Shown here: positions 23,731 through 34,571 of the stretch, one piece after another
Layout: each line of letters begins with the position of its first letter
Numbering within the stretch: the stretch's first letter is position 1
Translations under genes and position numbers: made by a program
The notes under the pieces: generated by a model
What the model was told of the DNA's origin: nothing
Database searches by the model: none
What the model saw: the letters and a program-made list of their open reading frames with translations, nothing else
NCBI GenBank assembly: GCA_025558095.1
Contig: JAIVFI010000014.1
Location: forward strand, 620,001-684,000
DNA: 64,000 nucleotides
Reading direction: 5' to 3'
Source: Hyaloraphidium curvatum SAG 235-1
Lineage: Eukaryota; Fungi; Monoblepharomycota

Positions 23731-24257
23731 GCTCGGCCGAAAGTGAATCCGCCCGGAAGTGTATTGACGAAGCGATGTAAACAATAAAGGGGGAGGTCGA
23801 TCCCCAGCAGGCATCCCCATCGTCCGATCCCGATCGGCACCGATCCGTCCTGCTCACGATGCAAGCAGGAGGATGTTGCGCCGGGGGAGGTCGCCTTCCT
23901 GCGGCGTGACCGTGATCGATCTCGGGGGACGGCCGGGCGCGAACCGCACGCAACGGCATCCGGGCGGGCCGATCGCCGCCGTCCCAGCGGGCAGCCGCAG
24001 CAGGGAGAGGGAGCAGGAGGCGAGCAGCAGCCGGTCCGCGGGTGCCGGATGGGCGATCCGCGCGAGGTTCGGCCGGCGGCGTAATTGTCTTTTGGTCCCT
24101 TCCCGGTTCCCGATAGTGCCTCGTCCCCCTCGTCCCCCGCCGCAGGCCGCCGCGCGACCGCTTCCCCGCCCGTGCAGCCCTCGAGCCCCGCTGCACCCGC
24201 GATGCGCGCCTGAGCCGGCCGATGCCGTTGCGGTCGCCCCTCCCCGACCCGCAAGCG

Positions 24258-26057
24258 ATGCCGCCCTTTTGGCGGAAGCGCCGCGTGCTCCTCGCCGCCG
24301 CCGCGGTGCTCGCCATGCTGCGCCTGCGTGCCGAGGCTGGCGGCGGGCCGGGACCGGGCGGCACGGGCGCGATGGCCGCCGCGGACGCTCCCCCAAGGGA
24401 GGATCGGTCGGGTGCCGCGGTCTACGTCCTCTACCCGCACGGCCGCCACACCGCCTCCGGCGGCCCGTCCACCCTCCACCTGTGGCACTCGGCGGTGCTG
24501 GCCGCCGGCTTCCGCGGGGGCATGTTCGGCGCCAACCCCGAGGCCTACGGGCCGGAGTACTCCCCGCTGCGGCCGCTGCCGGACTGGCCGCCGCCCGATC
24601 TGGCCGAGGGGGACGTGGTGCTGTTCCCCGAGTACCTGGCAAAGGAGGACGGGTGGCTGCCCAGGATCGCCGCGATGAGGGGGCTGGGCGTGCGGACCGT
24701 CGCGCTGGTGCTCGGCGCGACGACGGACCCCCGCGAGCTGGCCGACCGGCTGCGCGGGTGGGCCGCCGCCGTCGCCGTGACCGACACCCTTGCCGCGGCG
24801 ATGGGCATGATGCGCGGCACCGTCGCCCGCCCGATGCTGCCCAGCGCCTACAGGGCCGCGGAGGAATGCTGGGCCGGCACGCTGGACTGCCCCGGCCGGC
24901 CGGGGGACTGCCGCCGCAAGCGCGACCTCGTGATCCTGGACAACGAGGAACCGCTGCTCCCCGACGCGGTGGTCGAGCGGATCCGCGCGCTGCGCAGCCC
25001 CCCCGTGGAGGTGATCCAGCTCCGGCCGTGGGGCGGCCGGCTGACGCAGCAGGCCCTGCGGTGCGCGCTGGCGGACGCCAAGGCGTTCGTGGACCACACG
25101 TTCCCGGGGCACGAGAGGGGGCCGTTCGAGGCCGCGATGATGGGCGCGGTGCCGGTGGTCCCCGACGGGCCCGTCGCGGGGCAGGATTTCAAGGTGGACA
25201 CGCCCGTGCCGGACGCCTACCGCGCCAAATTCTGGAAGGAGGACAACGTGTGGATCGCCCGCAGTGCCTCGGATTTCGCGGACGGCGGCGCGGTCGTGGA
25301 CGCCGTGGACCGCGCGCTGCGCGCCGTCGACACCGCCTCGTGGGGAGCAGGGAACCCCGTCCTCCGCAGGGCAAACGGCGTGCGCGCCGCGTGGCCCGCG
25401 GAATCCGCCGCGTGGCTGTCCAGCATCCGCCTCTTTGTCGCGATCGCCGTCCCCGCGGGCGGGGAAGCAGCGGCCGCCGCCTCGGCAGCGGCATGGATCG
25501 CGCACCACCGCCTCGCCACCGTCTTCCTCCTCCTCCCCTCCCCATCCTCCTTCCTCGCCTCCCCTGCGGCGGCGGCGCTGAACGCCTCCCTCCTCCTCGG
25601 CCCCTCGGTCGTCCCCCTTCCCCTGCGCACCGGAACCGAGTGGCCCGGCGCCCGCATCCCGGGGGGATCGACGGTGCTCCTCGCCCCCCCCGACGCGGTG
25701 CCGCTGTCCCGGGGGGTGGTGCAGAAGATCGAGGAGGCGCTGGAGGGGGCGGCCGAAACGGAGCTGCGCTGGCGGTGGGGACGGGCATCCGCACGGACGG
25801 CGCGGTGGGACCTGGCACCGTGCGGCCCGGGCGCCGGCGCGATCCTCGCCTTCCGCCTCGGCACCGCGCCCGTGCCCGCCGGCGCGATCGTCGCGCTGCC
25901 GCCCCCGATCGCGGCGCGGGAAGCGGGCGGCGGCCACGGCGGGGGAGCGCTGTTCGTCCGCGGGTCGGCGGCGTGCGCGGCGCGGGGGGAGGGCAAGGGG
26001 ACGCTGGCGGGGTGGATGCCGGAGGGGATGGGGGAGCTGCGAAGGTTGTTGGCGTGA
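24258..26057 (+). CDS. Family B GT-B-like protein copy 2, intronless
   Basis: Full-length paralog of 18692-20446: SGGPSTLHLWH, GDVVLFPE, AKAFVDHTFPGHERGPFEAAMMGAVPVV. WRKRRVLLAAAAVLAML anchor. Confidence 0.6.
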   Translation: MPPFWRKRRVLLAAAAVLAMLRLRAEAGGGPGPGGTGAMAAADAPPREDRSGAAVYVLYPHGRHTASGGPSTLHLWHSAVLAAGFRGGMFGANPEAYGPEYSPLRPLPDWPPPDLAEGDVVLFPEYLAKEDGWLPRIAAMRGLGVRTVALVLGATTDPRELADRLRGWAAAVAVTDTLAAAMGMMRGTVARPMLPSAYRAAEECWAGTLDCPGRPGDCRRKRDLVILDNEEPLLPDAVVERIRALRSPPVEVIQLRPWGGRLTQQALRCALADAKAFVDHTFPGHERGPFEAAMMGAVPVVPDGPVAGQDFKVDTPVPDAYRAKFWKEDNVWIARSASDFADGGAVVDAVDRALRAVDTASWGAGNPVLRRANGVRAAWPAESAAWLSSIRLFVAIAVPAGGEAAAAASAAAWIAHHRLATVFLLLPSPSSFLASPAAAALNASLLLGPSVVPLPLRTGTEWPGARIPGGSTVLLAPPDAVPLSRGVVQKIEEALEGAAETELRWRWGRASARTARWDLAPCGPGAGAILAFRLGTAPVPAGAIVALPPPIAAREAGGGHGGGALFVRGSAACAARGEGKGTLAGWMPEGMGELRRLLA

Positions 26058-26440
26058 TGGCGCGGTGCCGGGGAGGCGCGCGGTGCGGCACGACCGTCCG
26101 GGGTGTTGTATATCGAGGGATGCTTCCCTGTTTATGGAGTTTACGTCTTGGGCCTGCTCGATCGGGGCCCGGCAAGCAAGAAGGAGCCGATTTGCAGGGA
26201 TTGACCCGTGTGACCCTGTGAACCCTGGTTCGGTCTGGTCTGGTTTTCCGCCGGCGTCGTACCACAAGAATAAACCGATGCCACTGGACCGATTAGGTTA
26301 GGATTGTCCGTCCCGGGTTCGGTGGAGGGACGCTGGGAGGCGGAGCTATAGGCTGGACGCAGCGCTGGACGAGGTGGTTTTTGCGCGTGTTGCGGCCGCG
26401 GCCAAATCAACACCGGCAGCGGAGGCGGGCGAGCCGGCCG

Positions 26441-27778
26441 ATGCGAAGGCGCGCGGCGCTGACGTGGACCGCCGTACTGGCGGGGGTGTGGCTACTGCGG
26501 CCGGTTCCGCGGGCGCCGGGGCCGGCGGGTCCGCCACGGATCCCGGGGGAAGGCGAGGTCGCCGTGCGGACACATAATTGGCAGCCGGTGCACGGCGCGG
26601 GGTGGACGCTGGTGGCCGCGTCGCTGGACGTGCTGGGCGGGATCGCGGTGCCGGGGAACGGGACGGGGACGGCGGGGGGCGGCGACGCGGCCGCGGTCGT
26701 CGAGCTGGCCTTCTTCCTCGCGGGGGGGGAGCCCCGCCGCAGCGAGCTGGTGCAGCTCGTTTCGGACGCCTTCGAGCGCCCGCCCGAGTTCGTGCTGGGC
26801 GACGGAGGGGCCGTGGGATCGGGGACCGCCGTCGCCCTCAAGCAGGAGATGCGCGACCTGGCGCGGCTGCTGTGCCCGCTCACCGCCGCCGGCCTGGAGC
26901 GGCTGCGGGGGATGGTCGGACGCCGGCTGGCGGTGCAAGTCGCGGACGGAGCGGGGTTCCGCGCCGCGTTCGACCTGGACGTCGTCGCGCTGGACCCCTC
27001 TGCCGCCGCGGGCAGGATCGTCCTGTGCACGCAGGTCCTGCGCAACCGCTCCGTGCTCGAGAACCGCGTGCCCGACGCCACTCGCATCTGGCTGGAGCAC
27101 CATTTCTCCAACGGGGCCGCGGACGCCGCGGTCGTGTACGACGTCGACGGCAGCTTCGCGCCCACCGCCGCCGCCCTCGTCGCACGCGGCCGCGACGTGA
27201 CCTACTTCCCGCGGTGGCACGGGATGCCCGTCCCCGCCCCCCCGGGAGGCATCCAGCAGGTCGCCGCGCTGCACCACTGCCTCGCCCTCGCCCGCGGGCG
27301 GGCCGAATGGGCGCTGCACCTCGACCCGGACGAGTACCTCGTCTGCCGGCGCGGGCACCCTCTCGCACGCATGCTGGGCGATCCCGCGCGGCCGGACGTC
27401 GTGCGGCTCGAGAGGGCCTTCTTCACGCACCCCGAGCCGGCGGCGGGGGGGGACTTCGCGCGGACGAGGTTCCCGGAGCTGTGCTGGCGCACGCCCAAGC
27501 CGCTCTTCCGCACCTCCACTGCCGCCTCGCCGGACGTGCACAGGCTGTTCTCCCTGCGCGCGTCGGCGGGGGGCGGGAAGCCGCGGGAGCTGCGCCCCGG
27601 CGCGGGGGCGGCGAGGGTGAACCACTACTTCGACATGGTGGCGTTCAGGAACAGGACGGACTGCCAGAGGAGCGAGGAGGAGGGGACGGGGTGGCCGGTG
27701 GTGGTGGAGGACGGGTGGGGGCCGCCGGGGGAGGAGTGCAGGCCGCCCCGGGCGGTCTCGGATGCTGCGGAGGGGTGA
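26441..27778 (+). CDS. GT92/DUF23-like family A copy 3, intronless
   Basis: MRRRAALTWTAVLAGVWLL anchor; VRTHNWQPVHGAGWTLVAASLDV; ALHHCL; HLDPDEY; RVNHY. Confidence 0.72.
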   Translation: MRRRAALTWTAVLAGVWLLRPVPRAPGPAGPPRIPGEGEVAVRTHNWQPVHGAGWTLVAASLDVLGGIAVPGNGTGTAGGGDAAAVVELAFFLAGGEPRRSELVQLVSDAFERPPEFVLGDGGAVGSGTAVALKQEMRDLARLLCPLTAAGLERLRGMVGRRLAVQVADGAGFRAAFDLDVVALDPSAAAGRIVLCTQVLRNRSVLENRVPDATRIWLEHHFSNGAADAAVVYDVDGSFAPTAAALVARGRDVTYFPRWHGMPVPAPPGGIQQVAALHHCLALARGRAEWALHLDPDEYLVCRRGHPLARMLGDPARPDVVRLERAFFTHPEPAAGGDFARTRFPELCWRTPKPLFRTSTAASPDVHRLFSLRASAGGGKPRELRPGAGAARVNHYFDMVAFRNRTDCQRSEEEGTGWPVVVEDGWGPPGEECRPPRAVSDAAEG

Positions 27779-28637
27779 GGGGCGGGGCGGGTGCGTGCCC
27801 CGCGGATGTGGCAGGCTGGAAGCTGGTGCTCGGTAGTTTGTATTGCGATATTCATTGGTCACGCAAAATATGTGGATGCGAACGCCCGGCGTGGCAGCCA
27901 GACCGCGGCGCGATAAGCGAGGCGAAAGGCGGCCCCCATCCGGGCCCGCAAAGCAAGGGAGAAACCGCCGTTTTTTGCTATCTCTACGGTCCGTGGGATC
28001 CAAACCAAGGCATGTCATTGATTTGATTGTGAATGTTGGGCATCGCCCCGGGCGGCAGGGGTCTGGCCACGTCGCGACAATTGGATCGAGCTAGCCGGCC
28101 GCCACTCCACACCGTTACCGTATCAAAGCCGTCTGATTCGGTGATTGCGCCATCCGGACGGTTCCAATTGCACGTGTTTGAGGGGGCGCCGAATCAGGTG
28201 CGTGAGGCTGGGAGGCTGGCACAGTGCGAACCAGTTCAACCAATCGATTGGGCGGTTTCCATTTTGGGCCGACTTCCATCCCCCGCCTCCGCGCCCGTCA
28301 TCGCCGCGCGGGCCCCGGGCCACCGACAGCGACGCGCGCATGCCGCTCGCCCCGCGCGGAGTGCCGCCGAGGGAGCGCCGCTGCTGATTGCGCGGCCCGC
28401 GGGATCGCCCGCCCAAACAACGGCGCCATCGCCCGCGCGCAGCCACCGCGCCGCACGCCGCGCCGCACAGCGAATCGCGGTCGGCGCCGCTCTCCGCTGG
28501 CGCCGGCGCCGCCCGGCCGGGACACCCCGGCGGGCAAACACGGAGGCCAAACACGGACGGGCTAACACCCCAACAACAACGGGCCTAGCCGACGCCCGGG
28601 CACTCTAGGGCCCCTTCGCCCTATTTAAACAACGGAC

Positions 28638-31250
28638 ATGGACCCCGAGGAGCCGCGCGAGGCGCCGTCGCCGAAGCACGCGCACCGCCGCAAGCTGTCG
28701 GCCGTCGGCCTGGCCTTCCCGGCCCCGCAGCCGCACGTCGCCGGCCAGGCCTCGCTGCTGGTGCCCGACGCAGCCTACTCGATGCCGCACCCGTCGCAGG
28801 GCTCGGCCGTGGCCGCATACGCCGGCTCGTCGCAGCTGCACCACCGCGACGTGCACCACCACTACGGCGGCGCCGCCGCGACCACCGCGGTCAACTACCG
28901 CGGCTCGCTGGCCAGCCTGTCGGGCATCGCGCCGGACCCGGAGGACGACAAGGCCCGCAAGGCCATGCTGCACTCGGCGCACACGTCCATCGGCGTGACG
29001 GGCTTCGTCGAGGGATACCCGCTGGGCATGGACGGCTCGCGGCCCGCGTCGCCGGCATCGGACTCGACCGTCTCCACCGTCGTGTCGGTCGCCACCTCCG
29101 GCACCCCGACCTCCTCCTCCCCCTCGAGCCCGTCCTCCCTCTCCCCGCCCTTGCTCCCCGCCGAACCGCCGCTGCACCCCATCCTCGGCCTGAACGGCTA
29201 CAAGGCCGGCAAGACCTCCCCGCCTCCCCCGTACTCGTACCACAAGGGCGGCCAGCCCTACTCGCCGACCGCCAGCAGCCCCGGCCCCGGCATCCCCTCC
29301 TTCTCCTCGTACCCGTACCCGCGCTTCTCGGCCCCGCCGAAACGCCCCGGCGCCCGCGGCCGCCGCGCATGCGCATCGCTGCGCGCGCCGAGCTGCTCCG
29401 CCCTGGGCCGCATCGCGCGGTACGCCGCCGTGCTCTACGCCGCGTGCACGGTGGTGTTCACCACCTGGCACCTGGCCTCGCCGTACCTCTCCCCCGCATC
29501 CAAGGCGGTGCGGATCGAAGTGCAGCCCGACGCCGCGCCGCCCGCGCCCGCCGTGGCGCCGCAGGCGTGGCGGGACGCGGAGGATCCGGCGAGGAGGGAC
29601 AGGATGCGCGGGTTCGCGCCGGCGAGGCCGGCGGAGGTGGTTCCCGAGAGGGAGAGGGAGAGGGCGAGGGAGAGGGAGGAGAGGGAGAGCAGGGTTGCCG
29701 AGAGCTTGAGGGCGCGCGAGAGGGAGAGGGAGAGGGAGAGGGAACGGGAACGGGAACGGGAACGGGAGAGGGAGAAGGAGAGGGAGAGGGAGGAGGCGGT
29801 GCCCGTGCCCGCGGTTCCCGTCGTTCCCGTCGCCCCTGCATCGGCGGCGCCGGCGGTCGAGGAGCAGGAGGACAAGCCGGCCGCGGCGCCCGCACCCGCG
29901 GAGGCCGAGAAGCCGGCCGCGGAGAAGGCGGCGCCGGCGGTGGTGGCGGCGCCGGCGGTGGTGGCGGTGCCGCCGACGACGCCGGGGACGATGGTGCCGG
30001 CGACGGCGGTCGGTGAAGGTGAGGGGCGTTGGCGCGTGCCGAAGGCCCGAAGCTGATTCGTGTTGTTCCGTCCCAGGTATCTTCGACTACGCGAGCAAGG
30101 ACTTTATGCTGTCGAAGCTCTTCCAGTTCGCCATGAAGCCGTACCGCATCGAGCCCTTCTACATCCGCGCCGAGGAGCGGCCCGACGCCGGGGACATCAC
30201 CATCACGACGATGCTGGACCCGTCGCGCTACGACCGCCTGCTCAAACTGGTGTACCAGTACCGCGGCCCCATCTCGGTGACGATCCACATCCAGGACGAC
30301 GAGGAGAACCAGGTCGAGGAGGCCATTGCGGACCTGGACGAGCTGGTGCACCAGCACCCCATCCTGGCCAAGTACGTCGACGCGCACCTGCTCATCGACC
30401 GGTTCGACCGGCAGTTCAACCTGTGGCGCAACGTGGCGCGGTTCTTTGCCCGGAGCAAGTACGTCGTGCAGCTCGACGTGGATTTCTTCGTGTGCACGGA
30501 CTTCCGCACCTCGATCCTGGGCAACCCGGAGCTGCTCCGCAAGATGGACCGCGAAAAGGCCGTGCTCGTCATCCCCGCCTTCGAGTTTTCCAACGAGCTC
30601 GCGCCGCGCACCGAGGCGGACCGCTTCCCGCGCACCAAGGAGGCCATGGTGGACGCCTACAAGCGCGGCGAGATCGCCGTGTTCCACGCCGACTGGGAGC
30701 GCGGGCACGGGCCGACCGACTACGGGCGGTGGTTCCGCGCGCGCGAGGCGTACCAGATCTCGACGTACAACTTCAACTACGAGCCCTACGTGGTCATGCG
30801 CCGCGACGACCCGCCGTGGTGCGACGAGCGGTTCGTGGGGTACGGAAGCAACAAGGCCGCGTGCCTGTACGAGATTTACCTCGCGGGGTACGAGTTCTGG
30901 GTGCTGCCGGGGGATTTCTTGATACACCAGTGGCACGAGTACCCGTCGGAGGAGCGGACCGCCGAGGTTGGTTTTCCCGTGTGCATGGGGACGAGATTGG
31001 AAGCTGACCCCATCCTGTCATGCAGCGCCGGTACAACCGCCGCCTCTACGAGACCTTCCGTGAGGAAACCTGCTTCCGGTACAACCGCGTGCTGCAGATG
31101 GCCTCGGGCGGCTCGGACACGGACCTGCTCGACCGGCTGGACTGCATGCAGTTCGCCAAGGCGCACATGAGCCACGGGCTCATCCGGTCCGCGGACGGCA
31201 GGGCGATCGCCGAGGCGGGGGAGGAGGAGGTGCGGGATCGTGGGCTGTGA
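28638..31250 (+). CDS. GT49-family glycosyltransferase (LARGE/B4GAT1-like), introns 30013-30076 and 30967-31025
   Basis: Long S/P-rich N-terminus, TM (YAAVLYAACTVVFTTW), then DITITT, YRGPISV, FNLWRNVAR, QLDVDF, VIPAFE, YEPYVV, PWCDERFVGYGSNKAAC and FLIHQWH. Confidence 0.9.
29646..29792 (+). repeat. Coding hexanucleotide microsatellite (GAGAGG/GAACGG)n encoding an Arg-Glu repeat stem
   Basis: Directly visible; translates to ERERERARE...REREREKERE. Confidence 0.9.
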
Positions 31251-31488
31251 AGGCGGCCCGGGGAGGTGAACGGGGAAGAGTAAGCTATGGCACGACGTCG
31301 ATGGGCGGATGGGCCGGGCACGAGAGGGGCTAAGCTATGGCACGAGAGAGATGTACAGATGGTAATGATGGATGATTATTGATGCCATGAGGCGGTGGGA
31401 GCGGCATGCGGGCCGATGATGCTGGGATTCGGCGGAGCTCTGGTTCCTTGCCGCAGTTCCACCGAAGCCCGCGACGACCCCTCCCCAG

Positions 31489-33005
31489 ATGGCCACCGAC
31501 GCCGACTCCGACGCCGATTTCAGGCCCCTCGAATGGCTCGCGCTGTTCCCGACGCCGTCCCCGCCGATGAAGGAGTTCGGCGACGATGAGCGGCGCGCGG
31601 GCCCCGACGACGCGCCCCGCGCGGCGGACCCGCTGACGCGCGACGGCGTGCTCCGCAACCTCTCCGGCGCGGCGTGGCTCGCCAGCTGGTCGGCGCTGCG
31701 GCTGCACTGCGCGCTGCCGGGCGGGGCGGGCGTCCCCGTGGCCGCGCTGCTCGGCGCAACCGGCTGCGCGCTGCTCGGCCTCGCGCTGCCGCTGGCCGGC
31801 GCCGCGATCGCCCCGAAGGACGCGGCAATCGGCATCGCCGGGGTCGCCGTCATCTGCGCCGGCAACCTGGCCATGTTCGCCGTGTCGCGCCACGGGATGG
31901 GGGCCAACCTGCTGGGGGCGCTCGACTACACCGCGCCCGCCGGGTTGTGCCGCTGGCTCCAGCTGGTGCGGGCGGGCGCCCCGGAGGCGGCGGACAAGCA
32001 CGGCAGCGCGCTCGGAGCCCTGCTGGCCCACGTTCCCGGCGACGAGGACTGCCTGTGCGCTTCGTGCTGCGCATGGGTGCAGAATGCGGCGGGGACCTTG
32101 TCGCTGCTCTACACCTTCGTCTACAACGTCCTACTCGGGGAACTCCTGCTATTTCTGTTTGTCTACACGCCCCTGGTGACGTACGGAACAGCGCTGTGGT
32201 CGACGCCGTACGGAGGCCTGCTCGGTGCGCTGTACGTCCTCGCGATGGTCTCGGGGATCGTCGTCAGCTGGCTGGCCAACCCCCTGGGCGTGGGCAACGT
32301 CGGCTTCACCGCCCTTGAGCGCCGCCTGCACTGCCGCGCCGCTTCCCTGGCCATGGACGACCTCCTCATGCGCTTCCGCGCCGCTGCCGCCGAGGGCAGC
32401 GGCCCTCCGCGGGCATCTTCGTGGTTGTACGTCAGGCTGCACTATCGCTTCGCCGCCATGTGCCGCTCCAGGCGCCGGCAGGACGGGGCGCTCATCTCGC
32501 AGATCTACGGGGCCGTGCTGGTGCCGTGCGTGGTCTTCTTTGCCGTTCTCTCCGCGGTACGTTCTGCTCGATCCCCCGCTCTCGCGCTGATCCGCCCCTT
32601 CCCCCCCGACAGGCCGTCGGCCGCTGCATCCCCGCATGGCAGCTCGTCTACCTCGCCCACGCCGCGATCTACTTTGCCACCAACGCCGTCAACCTCGCCT
32701 CGCGCAACGCCCTCATCGACTCGGTCCTGGGCGTCCACCTCTCCGCCGAGCGGGACCTCCGCACCCTCGTCCTGTCCGTCGGCCCGGGTGCCCTTGCCGA
32801 CGACGCCGCGATGCACTGCTCCGCGCTGGCGTCGTTCGGCGAGGTGCAGCGCCACCGCGCGAGGCTGTTCGGGTTCGTGGTCTCGTACGGCAGCGTGAGA
32901 ACGCTGCTCGCGACGGGGACGACGGTCGCGGTGGCGCTGTGGACCGTGCTGCGCGCGTTCGGGGTGTCGGCGAAATGGGAGAGCTTCTGCTTCTCGGGGA
33001 TCTGA
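31489..33005 (+). CDS. 7-TM family member 3, intron 32557-32612
   Basis: FRPLEWLALFP; PLTRD; RWLQL; LLAHVPGDEDCLCASC; LSA|AVGRC; RARLFGFVVSYGSVRTLLATGTTVAVALWTVLRAFGV..SFC. Confidence 0.82.
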
Positions 33006-34571
33006 GGGCGGGGCGGGGTTCGCCGTGGGCCTCGGGCCCTTCGGCTGCGCAGACGCGAGGGCGATCTGGCGCTCCAGAGGAGGAGGAGGAGGTGCGCGAT
33101 CCGGGGCTGTACCTTTACTTGCGGTCCGGAGAGGTGGACTCTGGTTGTTAAGCTGGTACGACGTCACGACGGGGCGGATGTGCTCCGGCACGTGCGAGAG
33201 TAAGCGAAAGGAAAACATTCTTGATGACTCCACACGGAAACAATCGGCGATCCGGTCGGCGGTTTCAAATGCTCTCACCCTCCGCCAACTAGCGCTCAAC
33301 GACGGCCTTCAGTGTCCTCCAGTACTCTTCGCGGTCCCATGCCGGCATTATGCCGCAGCAGATCGTCCGCAGCGTCTTGCGCAGAGCGTAGATCGCGCCG
33401 AGAAACGCCTCGGCGTCGGACGCTCCCCTTGAATCACATGCCCGAAGTGTCGCGGTTACGGGGGATTCGGGTGGGCCGCGCTGGGCAAAGCCGGACCAAC
33501 CCCCTCGGAGCGTCGCCGTCGACGCCGGTCAGGTTGCTGACTCCCAGACCGCGGAGCTCGGGCAGGCCGGGGCCGAGGAACTCGCGCGGGCACGGCCAGG
33601 TGACGTTGGTGCCCGGCAGCATGAGCGACTCCGGCGAGGGACGCGAGGGCAGGAGGCAAGGCATCACAACGTCCTGTGGTGGTGAAATTGAGAAGGTCGA
33701 TGGCCGGTCTGCATGATCAGGGGTTCAGGCCCTCGTCCCCGCGCACGAGCAGGTGCACGAGGAGCAGGCGCACAGTGGAGCGTGCGATGCGGGCTGCGTC
33801 CGGAACCGGCACGGCGGGCCGAGCGCGAACCTTGCGGGAGCGCCTCGAGACACGTCACCAATGGTTCGCCGCGGTGCCGTCCTACCTGACGATCATGACC
33901 AGCAACTCCGCCGGGAGGGTAATTGGGGCGTGCTTTCCGGCCACCGGAGCCAGCGGTCCCCCTGCCGGAGGCCAGAAATCGGCGAGGCGAAGCTGCCTCG
34001 GCCGTCCCGGTTCCGCGGACGCCGGGGGGCGGGGGCTGGACATGGCGCCTCCGTCGGTGCTATATTCCAAACTGCTGCTGCGGCCAGAGAGGATTTTCGC
34101 GCGGAAGATGGGACGAGCAGCCGGCGCTCGTGTACTTCCGCGCCGGCGGTGATGAGTCGCAGGCCCAGTGTCGTCTCGACGGCGGATCGGCAGATCTCCC
34201 TTCACCGTAGCGAATCCCGGATCCAACCCATGAAATTCGTCGAGTTCATAAGGAAATAGACGATTGCCATCGTAATGTTCGTTTTCCTTATTGTTCCTGT
34301 GGAGTCGTCGTCCCTCGCCGTCCATGCCTCGGAATCGGGCACATTACGCACGATCCGGCCCCGAAAAAAACGCCAGCTGATATTCTGCATCATCATCACT
34401 CGTGTTTTAGCTCTCGCCCAAGGTCGGACTTGCGGCCGTGGCGGACGATCCTGGCCGCACGGCGCCGCCATGACGGGATGAGTCGATCCCCGCCGCCGCC
34501 ACCAAACAGCGTTCTCCGCCGCCCACCCCTCCTCCATCTCCGCGTCCCTCCTCCATGCCGGCCCGCCCGCG

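Noticed and set aside
22362-26267. 1301-aa minus-strand ORF and many other long Arg/Pro/Gly-rich ORFs
   Set aside because: Shadow frames of real genes in high-GC DNA; no motifs, and they overlap well-supported CDSs.
33430-33930. Possible degenerate F-box gene on the minus strand (LPAELLVMIVR)
   Set aside because: Only a short motif amid stops; not enough to call.
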